64,000 bases of DNA from Thalassobaculaceae bacterium (GCA_965228875.1 OZ245843.1:602616-666615); one strand, 5' to 3'; positions 50,681-59,933 are shown, counted from the stretch's first letter. Translations and numbers: made by a program. Notes: generated from the sequence alone by a model not told the origin.

Positions 50681-52075
50681 AACGACCCGACGGCCGATGC
50701 TGGCCTCGTCGCCGGGATCATGCAGCAGGTCGACCAGGTCATGTAGCCGGGCGATTTCGACCAAATCGAGGCCGCCGGTCGCCGCCTTTCCGCCTTTGCG
50801 CCGGGAGGCGGGCAGCAGTGCCCGCTCGAAGCCGAGCTTGGCCGCCTCCTTCAGCCGGGCCTCCGTCTGGGCGACGGCGCGCACTTCCGCCGACAGGCCG
50901 ATCTCGCCGAACACGACGGAGCCCTTCGGCACGGGAACGCCGGTCAGCGAGGAGACCAGGGCCGCCGCGACGGCAAGATCGGCCGCCGGTTCCGTCACCC
51001 GCAGCCCGCCGGCAACGTTCAGGAACACGTCGTTACCGGCAAGCGACAGGCCGCAGCGCGCTTCCAGCACGGCCGTGACCATGGCCAGGCGGTTGGAGTC
51101 CCAGCCGACCACGGCCCGGCGCGGGGTGCCGAACGGCGAGGGGGCGACCAGGGCCTGGATCTCGACCAGAACCGGGCGCGTTCCCTCGACGCCGGCGAAG
51201 ACGCAGGCGCCGGAGACGTCGTCCTGGCGGTCCGACAGGAACAGCGCCGACGGATTGGCGACCTCCATCAACCCGCCCTCGGTCATCTCGAACACGCCGA
51301 TCTCGTCGGTCGGGCCGAATCGGTTCTTCACCCCGCGCAGGATGCGGAACTGGTGGCCGCGTTCCCCCTCGAAGTACAGCACGGTGTCGACCATGTGCTC
51401 GAGCACGCGGGGGCCCGCGATCGCGCCCTCCTTGGTCACGTGACCGACCAGCAGCAGGGCGATGCCGCGCTTCTTCGCCACCCGGATCAGTTCCTGGGCC
51501 GAGGCGCGGACCTGTGCGACGGTGCCGGGGGCGCTGTCGAGCGCGTCGACGTACATGGTCTGGATCGAATCGATGACGACGATCTCGGGCCCGTCGGCGG
51601 ATTCCAGGCTGGCGATGATGTCGCGCACGCTGGTCGCCGCGGCGAGGCCGACCGGAGCGGCCGCCACGCCGAGACGCTGGGCGCGCATGCGCACCTGGTC
51701 CACCGCCTCCTCGCCGGAGACGTAGGCGCAGCGGTTCGCGCCGGAGAGACCGGCGACCACCTGCAGCAGGACGGTCGACTTGCCGATGCCCGGGTCGCCG
51801 CCGATTAGGGTCGCCGAGCCGGGAACCAGGCCGCCGCCGAGCACCCGGTCGAATTCGCCGATTCCGGTCACCCGGCGCGGCGTCTCCCGGCTCTGTCCGG
51901 CCAGTTCGACGAAGTCGATGCGTCGGCCGCCGCCGGGCTTAATGCCCTTGGGCGCGGTCTCGACCACCTCCTCGACCAGGGTGTTCCAGGCGCCGCAGGC
52001 ATCGCATTTGCCGGCCCACTTGGCGGAGACGGTTCCGCAGTCCTGGCAGACGTAGCGGCTGGTCGATTTCGCCAT
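50672..52075 (-). CDS. radA: DNA repair protein RadA/Sms
   Basis: C4 zinc finger CQDCG...CDAC, GDPGIGKS, KNRFG, Lon-like C-domain. Confidence 0.97.
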   Translation of the reverse strand: MAKSTSRYVCQDCGTVSAKWAGKCDACGAWNTLVEEVVETAPKGIKPGGGRRIDFVELAGQSRETPRRVTGIGEFDRVLGGGLVPGSATLIGGDPGIGKSTVLLQVVAGLSGANRCAYVSGEEAVDQVRMRAQRLGVAAAPVGLAAATSVRDIIASLESADGPEIVVIDSIQTMYVDALDSAPGTVAQVRASAQELIRVAKKRGIALLLVGHVTKEGAIAGPRVLEHMVDTVLYFEGERGHQFRILRGVKNRFGPTDEIGVFEMTEGGLMEVANPSALFLSDRQDDVSGACVFAGVEGTRPVLVEIQALVAPSPFGTPRRAVVGWDSNRLAMVTAVLEARCGLSLAGNDVFLNVAGGLRVTEPAADLAVAAALVSSLTGVPVPKGSVVFGEIGLSAEVRAVAQTEARLKEAAKLGFERALLPASRRKGGKAATGGLDLVEIARLHDLVDLLHDPGDEASIGRRVVAS

Positions 52076-52100
52076 CCTCGCCTCCTCGGCCCGGTGTCGC

Positions 52101-52877
52101 TCAGTCCCGCCGCACGGCCATCTTGATCGGCCCCTCGGCGTGGCCGTGGATGAACTGATCGACATAGGCGTTGCCGGACCTGTCGATGTCGGCGACCGGC
52201 CCCACCCAGATGATCCGGCCCTGGTAGAGCATGGCGACGCGGTCGGCGATCTTGCGGGCGCTGGCCATGTCATGGGTGATCGAGAGACCGGTCGCGCCAA
52301 GCTCGCGGGTGCACTTCACGATCAGGTCGTTGATGACGTCGGCCATGATCGGATCGAGACCGGTGGTCGGCTCGTCGAAGAAGATGATCTCCGGTTCGGT
52401 GGCGATGGCGCGGGCCAGGGAGACCCGCTTCTGCATGCCGCCGGACAGCTCCGACGGCGACAGCCGGGAGACTTCCTCGCCGAGCCCGACCTGTGCCAGC
52501 TTGTCCACCGCGATCCGCTGGGCCTCGGCGCGCGGCATCTGCTTGGCCGCCATGAGGCCGAAGGCCACGTTTTCCCAGACCGGCAGCGAGTCGAACAGGG
52601 CGCCGCCCTGGAACAGCATGCCGAATTTGCGCATGTAGGCCTCGCGCTCGGACCGGGGCAGGCCGACCACGTTCTCGCCGTCGATCTCGATGATTCCGGA
52701 ATCCGGCTCGATCAGGCCGATGATGCATTTCAGCAGGACCGACTTGCCGGAGCCGGAGCCGCCGATCACCACCACGCTCTCGCCGTCCCCGACATCCAGG
52801 TCGAGACCGTCGAGCACGACCTTGGAGCCGAAGCTCTTCCTCAGGTCGCGGATGCGGATCTTCGGGGTCTCGCTCAT
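52101..52877 (-). CDS. mlaF: MlaF/Ttg2A-type ABC ATPase
   Basis: GGSGSGKS, FQGGALFDS, LSGGMQKR, DEPTTGLDP. Confidence 0.9.
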   Translation of the reverse strand: MSETPKIRIRDLRKSFGSKVVLDGLDLDVGDGESVVVIGGSGSGKSVLLKCIIGLIEPDSGIIEIDGENVVGLPRSEREAYMRKFGMLFQGGALFDSLPVWENVAFGLMAAKQMPRAEAQRIAVDKLAQVGLGEEVSRLSPSELSGGMQKRVSLARAIATEPEIIFFDEPTTGLDPIMADVINDLIVKCTRELGATGLSITHDMASARKIADRVAMLYQGRIIWVGPVADIDRSGNAYVDQFIHGHAEGPIKMAVRRD

Positions 52878-52881
52878 CGGG

Positions 52882-53667
52882 TCACCCTGCGAAGAACAGC
52901 TCTGTGATGATGTAGTTCGCCACCAGGATCAGGATCGAGGCGGTGACGACGGCGTTCGTGGTGGCGGCGCCGACGCCCTGGGCGCCGCCGCGCGACCTGA
53001 AGCCGTGGTAGCAGCCCATCAGGGCCACCAGAAAACCGAACACGCCGGCCTTCACCAGGCCGGAGATCACGTCGATCCGCTCTAGGAACTGAACGGTCGA
53101 CTGGATGTAGGTGGCGGCGTTGAAGTCCAGCTTGTAGACGCCGACCACGTAGCCGCCGAACACGCCGATGATGTCGCCGAGCAGCACCAGGATGGGCAGG
53201 CTGACGGTGGCGGCGATCAGGCGGGGCGCGATCAGGTACTTGAACGGGTTGGTGGACAGGGTCGTCAGGGCGTCGATCTGCTCAGTGACCCGCATGGTGC
53301 CGATCTCGGCGGCCATGGCCGCGCCGACGCGCCCGGCCACCATCAGCCCCGCCAGCACCGGCGCCAGTTCGCGGGTCATCGACAGCACGACGACGGTGGC
53401 GACCGCGCCCTCGGCGGAGAACCGGGCGAAGCCGGTATAGCTCTGCAGCGCCAGGACCATGCCGGAGAACAGGGTGGTCATGCCCACCACCGGCAGCGAG
53501 TAGTAGCCGATCTCCAGGAACTGGCGGAGGACCAGCCGCGGATAGAACGGCGGGCGGACGCAGTGGCTGACCGCCGTGGCCGCGAACAGCATAATGCGCC
53601 CGGCGGTCGCCAGGATGGTCAGGAAGCCTCGGCCGATCGTCGCGAGAGGGTTCATCCGCCGGGCCAT
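52882..53667 (-). CDS. mlaE: MlaE-type ABC permease
   Basis: RELAPVL, AGRVGAAMAAEIGTMRVTEQIDAL, GAQGVGAATT. Confidence 0.92.
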   Translation of the reverse strand: MARRMNPLATIGRGFLTILATAGRIMLFAATAVSHCVRPPFYPRLVLRQFLEIGYYSLPVVGMTTLFSGMVLALQSYTGFARFSAEGAVATVVVLSMTRELAPVLAGLMVAGRVGAAMAAEIGTMRVTEQIDALTTLSTNPFKYLIAPRLIAATVSLPILVLLGDIIGVFGGYVVGVYKLDFNAATYIQSTVQFLERIDVISGLVKAGVFGFLVALMGCYHGFRSRGGAQGVGAATTNAVVTASILILVANYIITELFFAG

Positions 53668-53715
53668 CCCGATACTGCGTTTGCGCGTGCGATCCCGGCC
53701 GTCATGCCCGCCCCG

Positions 53716-54837
53716 TCACACCGTGCTGTCGACGTAGTGGCGCACGTAGCGGCTGCCGAGCCCGGTGAGCAGCTCGTAACCGATCGTGCCCGCCGCGTCC
53801 GCCATGGCGTCGGGGGTCACCGTCGGACCCAGAACCTCGACCATGCCGCCGGGAGCGGCGTCGGCCTCGGGTACGTCGGTCACGTCGACCGTGATCATGT
53901 CCATCGACACGCGTCCTACCACGTCGCAGAGCCGGTCACCAACCGCCACGCGCCCGGCCGAGGAGAGGGAGCGGATGTAGCCGTCGGCGTAACCCGCCGC
54001 GACCGTGGCGATCCGTGTCTCCCGCCCCGCGCGCCAGGAGCCTCCGTAGCCCACCGTCCAGGCCGGTTCGACCGTGCGGACCTGCAGGATCCGGCCCTCG
54101 ATTCGGATCGGGCAGGCCATCGGGTTGTCGCGCCCCGCCGCCGGCCGGCCGCCGTAGAGTGCGATGCCTGGGCGGGCGAGGTCGTAGTGGAAGGGCGCCC
54201 CGAGGAAGATGCCGGAGGAGTTGGCGAGGCTTGCCTTCATCGCGCGGGGCAGGGCTGCGCGCGCCCGCTCGAACCGCTCGCGTTGCTGGCCGCTCATCGG
54301 GTCGTCCGGGGCGTCGGCGGCGGCGAGATGGGAGATCACGTACAGCCAGTCGATACCGTCCAGCAGGTCCGGTGCCTCGGCAAGCCTCGCCATTTCGCGA
54401 CCGTCCAGGCCGAGCCGGTTCATCCCGGTGTCGACGTGAAGCATGGCGGGCAGGGAGGCGTCCCGCGCCGCGCCCAGGGCCCGCCACTGCCCGACCTGGT
54501 CGAGGGTATTGAGCACCGGCGTGATCGCATGCTCGACGAACACCGCCTCGCTGCCGGCGATCAGGCCGTTCAGGCAGGCGATCCGGGCCTCCGGAACGAT
54601 CTGGCGCAGGCGCACCGCCTCGTCGAGGGTGGCGACGAAGAAGACGCGGCAGCCTTCCTCGTACAGGACGGGGGCCACCCTGTCGGCACCGAGCCCGTAG
54701 CCGTCGGCCTTCACCACACCGGCGCAGGGCACGGCGCCCAGCTCCGCGCGGAGCCGGCGGTAGTTCCGCCGCACCGCCCCGAGATCGATCGTCAGGCGGG
54801 ACAGGGAAGCGTCGAAGGCGGAGGTTGTCGCGACCAT
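53716..54837 (-). CDS. alr: Alanine racemase
   Basis: VVKADGYGLG (PLP lysine), DTGMNRLG, ANSSG, RPGIALYG, GYADG, GRVSMD. Confidence 0.96.
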   Translation of the reverse strand: MVATTSAFDASLSRLTIDLGAVRRNYRRLRAELGAVPCAGVVKADGYGLGADRVAPVLYEEGCRVFFVATLDEAVRLRQIVPEARIACLNGLIAGSEAVFVEHAITPVLNTLDQVGQWRALGAARDASLPAMLHVDTGMNRLGLDGREMARLAEAPDLLDGIDWLYVISHLAAADAPDDPMSGQQRERFERARAALPRAMKASLANSSGIFLGAPFHYDLARPGIALYGGRPAAGRDNPMACPIRIEGRILQVRTVEPAWTVGYGGSWRAGRETRIATVAAGYADGYIRSLSSAGRVAVGDRLCDVVGRVSMDMITVDVTDVPEADAAPGGMVEVLGPTVTPDAMADAAGTIGYELLTGLGSRYVRHYVDSTV

Positions 54838-54938
54838 CAGGTCCGATATCAGGCGGGCGGGATCGGGACAAGCGACAACAGTGGGTTCACCGGCCGGTGA
54901 CTTCGCTCCATGCTCCGGAGAAAGAGGGAGGACCCACC

Positions 54939-55733
54939 ATGACCGACACCACCCGGATCGAGCGCGTCGCCGATGCCCTGTTCGCCCAGCATGCCGAAGG
55001 CGCACGCTACACGCCGCTGGAGGGGGATCTGGCGCTGCCCGATCTCGACGCCGCCTATGACGCCCAGCGCCGGCTGATCGCCAGATGGCAGGAGGCCGGG
55101 CGCGGTCCGATCGCCGGCTACAAGATCGCGCTCACCTCCAAGGCGGTGCAGGAGCTTTGCGGCGTGAGCCAGTCCCTGGTCGGCGCCATCTTCGCCTCGA
55201 CGGTGCACGCCTCGCCGATGACCGTGCGGCTGGGCGATTTCGTGCGGATCGGTCTTGAATTTGAGCTTTGCTTTAAGATGAAGTCAGAACTTACTGAAAA
55301 AAAAGAATTCTATACGGCCGACAATATCCGCGACGCGGTCGAGCTCGCGGTCCCGGCCTTCGAGCTGATCGAGGACCGGGACGCCGATTACAGCCGCCTG
55401 GACGGCGTCTCCATGGCCGCCGACAACGCCTGGAACGGCGGCATCGTCCTCGGCGATCCGGTCGGCGACTGGAGCAAGCTCGATCTGGCGACCAATCCGG
55501 TGCGGCTCGACTACAACGGCGAGATCGAGGAGGCGGTGACGGGGGCCGCCATGGACAACCCGCTCAACGCGCTCGCCTGGACCGCCAACCTGCTGGCCGA
55601 ACAGGGCCGCCCGCTGCAGGCGGGGCACTGGGTGATGACCGGCTCGACGGTGAAGACGCGGTATCCGAAGGCCGGAGACCGGGCGGTCTACACGGTCGAG
55701 GGGTTGGGGAGTGTTGAGGTCAGCGTGGTCTGA
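54939..55733 (+). CDS. 2-keto-4-pentenoate hydratase-like (MhpD/FAH superfamily)
   Basis: AYDAQ, GYKIALTS, LEFEL, AFELIEDR, AADNA, VMTGS; GGAGG RBS. Confidence 0.85.
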   Translation: MTDTTRIERVADALFAQHAEGARYTPLEGDLALPDLDAAYDAQRRLIARWQEAGRGPIAGYKIALTSKAVQELCGVSQSLVGAIFASTVHASPMTVRLGDFVRIGLEFELCFKMKSELTEKKEFYTADNIRDAVELAVPAFELIEDRDADYSRLDGVSMAADNAWNGGIVLGDPVGDWSKLDLATNPVRLDYNGEIEEAVTGAAMDNPLNALAWTANLLAEQGRPLQAGHWVMTGSTVKTRYPKAGDRAVYTVEGLGSVEVSVV

Positions 55734-55740
55734 GCTGCCG

Positions 55741-56586
55741 TTATCCGCCCTTGGCCAGTCGCTCGGCCCAGGCGATGGCCATAGGCAGGAAACCCGCCGG
55801 GATCGTGTGGCCGCCCGGGTGCAGGCAGAGCGCGACCTGTCGGCCGGTGCTGCAGCCGCGCCAGGTCTCGCAGCGGAGCTCGGCGACCTCGGTCACCACG
55901 CTCGGTTCATCCCGGCAGCCGTTCTGCGCGCGCCAGAATGCGATGCCTTCCAGCACGTCGCCCTGGTGGTAGACCTCGCGGATCGCCCGGCCGGCCATGG
56001 GCACCACCGTGTCGCCGGTGCCATGGACGTGCAGCAGGTTCACCGGTCCCGACGGGCAGCTCTGCGGGTGCGGCCGCCAGAAGGCGCCGGCGATCGGCAT
56101 GTAGGCGGTGAACAGGTGGCCGCTGAAACAGGCCAGGTGCCAGGTCATCGAGCCGCCGATGGAGAAGCCGGAGGCCCAGACCCGGGCGTCGTCCACCGGC
56201 CAGCGCCGCCTTGCGTCGGCGAGGACGGCCGCCACGAAGGCGTCGTCGTCGCGCAGGCGCTGGCGTGCGGGCGATCCCTGATGCGCCCAGCGCCTGTCCT
56301 GGCCGTCCGGGGCGATCACCAGCACCCCGTGGTCGTCGGCGAGGCGGTTCAGCGCCTTGTTGTTCATCACCAGCCCGCCGGTCTGGCCGTAGCCGTGGAA
56401 GAACATCAGCAGGGGCAGGGCGGCCCGCCCGTCCCAGGACCGCGGCGGATGGGCGCGGTAGGTGCCACCCTCGACAGGGTAGATGTCGGGGTGATGCGCG
56501 CCGGCGGGCGTCGCCGGAAGCGTGACGAACAGGAGAACCGCAAGCGCCAGGGCGGCGACGAAGGCGGTCGGGAGCTGGCGGCGCAT
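55741..56586 (-). CDS. Secreted alpha/beta-hydrolase, PHB-depolymerase/LpqC-like esterase
   Basis: Signal peptide, FFHGYG, GFSIGG nucleophile, HGTGDTVVP, GGH. Confidence 0.85.
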   Translation of the reverse strand: MRRQLPTAFVAALALAVLLFVTLPATPAGAHHPDIYPVEGGTYRAHPPRSWDGRAALPLLMFFHGYGQTGGLVMNNKALNRLADDHGVLVIAPDGQDRRWAHQGSPARQRLRDDDAFVAAVLADARRRWPVDDARVWASGFSIGGSMTWHLACFSGHLFTAYMPIAGAFWRPHPQSCPSGPVNLLHVHGTGDTVVPMAGRAIREVYHQGDVLEGIAFWRAQNGCRDEPSVVTEVAELRCETWRGCSTGRQVALCLHPGGHTIPAGFLPMAIAWAERLAKGG

Positions 56587-56933
56587 GGCGGTCTCGGATG
56601 GGGCGTGTAGGGGCGGACGCCGTCGGAGGCTGGCGCGCGGCGGGGAACGCGTCCAGTGACAAGCCCGTGTCCCGCCCCCGATCGAGGTGCTGTCGAGTGA
56701 TTCGGGCATACCAGGGGTGGTATGCTGCGATGCGTCGACCACACCACTATATTGGAATTATTGATGTTTTCGCCACGGTCTTGTCGCACGGGCGGTCAGA
56801 CCACACGCTTTCCTCGGTGCTCAGCCGTTCCAGGAGGTCGCGATTTGAATTTTCGCCGGTTCGCTGACGCCAATCGTCCGAAAATTCAGTCCGTACACCC
56901 TGGGTAGACCAACGAGTCCCGAGGAGTGTCTTT

Positions 56934-57047
56934 ATGTTGACTCTAGCTCAGAGAGGAGGTGATCCGATGACATCTAGTGAGACCCTGGTGCGGGACGAAC
57001 TCGAGTGCCTTGGCAAGTCGTCGGAGCAGCCTTCGGCGCCGATCTGA
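56934..57047 (+). CDS. Candidate small ORF (37 aa from 56934, or 26 aa from 56967) inside a structured RNA
   Basis: MLTLAQRGGDP-MTSSETLVRDELECLGKSSEQPSAPI*; GAGGAG precedes ATG 56934 and AGGAGGTGAT precedes ATG 56967. Confidence 0.45.
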   Translation: MLTLAQRGGDPMTSSETLVRDELECLGKSSEQPSAPI

Positions 57048-57118
57048 AGCACATTTCCCCGAGTTCGAGCCTCACTGGCTCACGGAAAGGCCGCCCACTG
57101 GCGGCCTTTCTTTGTGTT
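56950..57118 (+). ncRNA. Candidate structured small RNA (boundaries uncertain)
   Basis: Nested helices 56974-56981/57071-57078, 56996-57003/57060-57067, 57005-57008/57049-57052 and 57021-57024/57039-57042, followed directly by an intrinsic terminator. Confidence 0.5.
57085..57118 (+). terminator. Rho-independent terminator
   Basis: GAAAGGCCGCC-cact-GGCGGCCTTTC perfect 11-bp stem followed by TTTGTGTT. Confidence 0.88.
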
Positions 57119-57141
57119 GGGGCAGATCTTTGTGTTGGGGC
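57109..57141 (+). repeat. 15-nt direct repeat TCTTTGTGTTGGGGC, two copies at an 18-bp period
   Basis: Copies at 57109-57123 and 57127-57141. Confidence 0.8.
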
Positions 57142-57290
57142 GGGCGACGAGCCGGCTGGAGACAGTCCCGATGGGATGGGACGATCTGACCGTGTGAATT
57201 TTCTCTCTCTTTCTCGTCGCTTGGAGCGCGATCCGTGGACCTGGCCGTGACGCGAATGCCCGCGACCCCGGCCGAACTGCAAGCGATGGG

Positions 57291-57776
57291 TTAGCTCGGC
57301 AGATCGAGTCCGGCCTGTCGGGCCTTGTCGAGGAACTCGATCACCTTGGCCCGCTTCGTCCGCAATTCCGTCCGATCGAGCGGCAGCGCCTTGAGCCAGA
57401 TCCGAACGCGCTCGACGATCTTTTCCAGGCCTTCGTCCTTGAGGACGTAGTCATCGGCGCCGGCCTGAAAGCTGGTCAACAGCGAGCCCGGACTGCGGCC
57501 GCTGGTGGCCACGATAATCGGTACCGTCTGGCTGATCTTATTGCGCACCGTGGCGATGAACCGGTTCCCGGCTTCGTGGTGGTAGACACCGGGGCGGCTG
57601 AAGATACCGAGATCGACAACGCACAGGTCGATGCGCAGGCGTTCCATAATCGTGATGGCGTGGGCGGCGTCGGTGAAGTTGGAGACCGTCCCATGGACAC
57701 CGTCCACCGCCGCCCGGAACATCATGGTCTGGACCATGTCGTCCTCCAGAAGGAGGATCTGCCGGTCAATCGCCAT
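57291..57776 (-). CDS. Response regulator (receiver domain plus short helical tail, no recognisable output domain)
   Basis: ILLLEDD, VVD (phosphoacceptor), IIVATS, GADDYVLK. Confidence 0.85.
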   Translation of the reverse strand: MAIDRQILLLEDDMVQTMMFRAAVDGVHGTVSNFTDAAHAITIMERLRIDLCVVDLGIFSRPGVYHHEAGNRFIATVRNKISQTVPIIVATSGRSPGSLLTSFQAGADDYVLKDEGLEKIVERVRIWLKALPLDRTELRTKRAKVIEFLDKARQAGLDLPS

Positions 57777-57782
57777 CCGTGG

Positions 57783-59933
57783 TCACTCGGGCCGGGAGGA
57801 GGGGGCTCGGAGGTCGTCGATTTTTGCCAGCGCCTGTTCGACGGAAGCGATGAATGTCTGAACCTCGGCTTCGGACAGCGTGCCACCAGACACGATCCGG
57901 TCCTGAAAGCGGCGACTGAGCGTGCTGAGCCTGAGAAGGCCGATGTTGCCGGAGATCGAGATCAGCTTGTGCAGCGCCTGTCGCTTGTCGGCGGGCTCGA
58001 CGGACTCCGTCTGGACCTGGGCGCCCAACGCCTCGATCTGAACGGCGGCCTCCTTGAGAATCTGCTGCAGCGCGGCATCGGGCACGAGCTTCTGGAGGGT
58101 CTGATATCGCTCGGCGTCGAACTCGGCGACATCGACGGCTTCGCCCGCGTCCGCGGCGTCGCCGCCTTCCGCACGCAGGATGCCGCAGCGTGCGAGCGCG
58201 GCGTAGAGCGCGTCCCGCTCGACCGGCTTTGAAAGGTAGCCGGTCATCCCCGCGTCGAGGCAGGCGTGCATGTCGGCGCGCGAGGCATAGGCGGTCAGGG
58301 CGATGATGGGGACGGAGCGTGCCGGTTCCGGCGTCGTTGCGCGGCGGAGCACCCGCGTCGCCTCCAGGCCGTTCATCACCGGCATCTCGATGTCCATGAG
58401 AACCACATCGATACCGCCGTTGCGGACAATCTGGACGGCCTCGGCGCCATCGGCTGCGGTGACGACGGTACAACCGACCAGCTTCAGGAAGGCGCCGGCA
58501 ATCTCCGCGTTCGTCGGAACATCGTCGACCACCAGAACGCGCGCGGAGTCACGGGCCGGGACGTAGGTCTCGTTCTTGGACGGCCTGCGTGGCACGGTCG
58601 AGGGACCGTCTCCCGGTAGCGGACCGTGGACGACGACCGGCACCTCCACGGTCACGACCGTGCCTCCGCTCTGCGAAGAGTCGATCGAGATCGTGCCACC
58701 GAGGGCCGCCACCGACGCGCGCACGACCGCCATGCCCAGGCCGACGCCGGGGACCGGCGCCGTGCCGAGGCGCTCGAACGGCTCGAAGACCCGCTCGATA
58801 CTGTCCTGGGGGATACCGGGACCGGTGTCGCTCACCGCAATCGTCAGGCGCGCGTCGGAACCGGAACCCTCCACCGCCGTTCGCACGACGACATGGCCCT
58901 GCTGGGTGAACTTGACCGCGTTGGAGAGGATGTTGACCAGAATCTGGCGCAGCATCGGGCCATCGGTCTCGATAGCCAGGGCGGGCACACCTTCGCTGCT
59001 GCTGCGGACATCAAGGCCCTTCGCTTCGGCCTCGACGCGAAGCTCGTCGAGGGCACCGCCGACGACGGCCGGCAGGATACAGGGCGCCAGTTCGACAGGG
59101 GGAGGGGCGTCCTGCGACTGCGAAAACTGGATAATGCTGTCGATCAGACGCAGCAGATCCTTCGCCGATCCACTGAGGCGCCTCACCCGGTCGGCCTGTT
59201 TTTCGGTGAGCGCGTCGTCCCGCAGTAGCTGGGCATAGCCGAGAATGGCGTTCAGCGGCGTCCGGACCTCGTGACTCATCATGGCGATGAACCGGTTGCG
59301 CACGCTCAGTGCTTCTCGGGCGGCGGCTTCGCTTCGGCTCAGTGAGGCGAGCATGTCGCGCCGGTGTCGTTCCAGCGAGACCATCAGGCCAAGAATGGCG
59401 ACGCCCCCCACGTTGGTGAGCACCAGGACAGTCCCGACACTGGGCAAGAGCGACCAGGCGAGGTCGGTGTCCGGCAGCAGGAAAATCGACGGCAGCCCGA
59501 CAATGGTGGCGCCGGCGGCATAGATCAGGAGTACGGGGAAGGTGCGTTTGACGTTCCAGCGCTGCAAGGCGTACCAGGCGACGATGCTGCTCAGCGCCGA
59601 GACAACGAGGCCGGCCACGCCGGCTTCCATACCGATCCCGCCGATCCAGATTCGCATGAATACGGGCGGGATTACCGCGACGACCGCGGTTACCGGCCCG
59701 CCCAGGATCCCCGATAGGAGGATGGGCGCGGCGCGAGCGTCGAAGATCAGGCCCGGGATCAGGGTCACCGGTATCAGCATCACGATGGCGGAAACGCCGC
59801 CCAGGCCAAGGCCGATCGCCAGAAACCTCTGCATCGGGCTCCAGCCGTCCTCGATCCGCGGTGTTGCCGTGTAGAGCAGCGCGGCCAAGGCGAGGAGCGC
59901 TACGTTCTCGATAAGCGGCAGAACAGTTTCCAT
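57783..59933 (-). CDS. Hybrid sensor kinase (5TM-LytS-like input, HisKA, HATPase, REC, Hpt)
   Basis: PGLIFDAR...GGP (5TM-5TMR_LYT-like), MSHEVRTPLNAI, NAVKFT, DTGPGI, VLMDIEMPVMNG, ALHKLISISGNIG (Hpt-like). Confidence 0.9.
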   Translation of the reverse strand: METVLPLIENVALLALAALLYTATPRIEDGWSPMQRFLAIGLGLGGVSAIVMLIPVTLIPGLIFDARAAPILLSGILGGPVTAVVAVIPPVFMRIWIGGIGMEAGVAGLVVSALSSIVAWYALQRWNVKRTFPVLLIYAAGATIVGLPSIFLLPDTDLAWSLLPSVGTVLVLTNVGGVAILGLMVSLERHRRDMLASLSRSEAAAREALSVRNRFIAMMSHEVRTPLNAILGYAQLLRDDALTEKQADRVRRLSGSAKDLLRLIDSIIQFSQSQDAPPPVELAPCILPAVVGGALDELRVEAEAKGLDVRSSSEGVPALAIETDGPMLRQILVNILSNAVKFTQQGHVVVRTAVEGSGSDARLTIAVSDTGPGIPQDSIERVFEPFERLGTAPVPGVGLGMAVVRASVAALGGTISIDSSQSGGTVVTVEVPVVVHGPLPGDGPSTVPRRPSKNETYVPARDSARVLVVDDVPTNAEIAGAFLKLVGCTVVTAADGAEAVQIVRNGGIDVVLMDIEMPVMNGLEATRVLRRATTPEPARSVPIIALTAYASRADMHACLDAGMTGYLSKPVERDALYAALARCGILRAEGGDAADAGEAVDVAEFDAERYQTLQKLVPDAALQQILKEAAVQIEALGAQVQTESVEPADKRQALHKLISISGNIGLLRLSTLSRRFQDRIVSGGTLSEAEVQTFIASVEQALAKIDDLRAPSSRPE

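Noticed and set aside
56950..56965. Fragment of a 16S rRNA gene on the minus strand
   Set aside because: Similarity stops after 16 nt and no other rRNA sequence is present; treated as an extended SD instead
56970..57080. 6S RNA
   Set aside because: Rod-like, but shorter than expected, without the usual zapA/ygfA context and with no 6S motifs I recognise; an Rfam search should confirm
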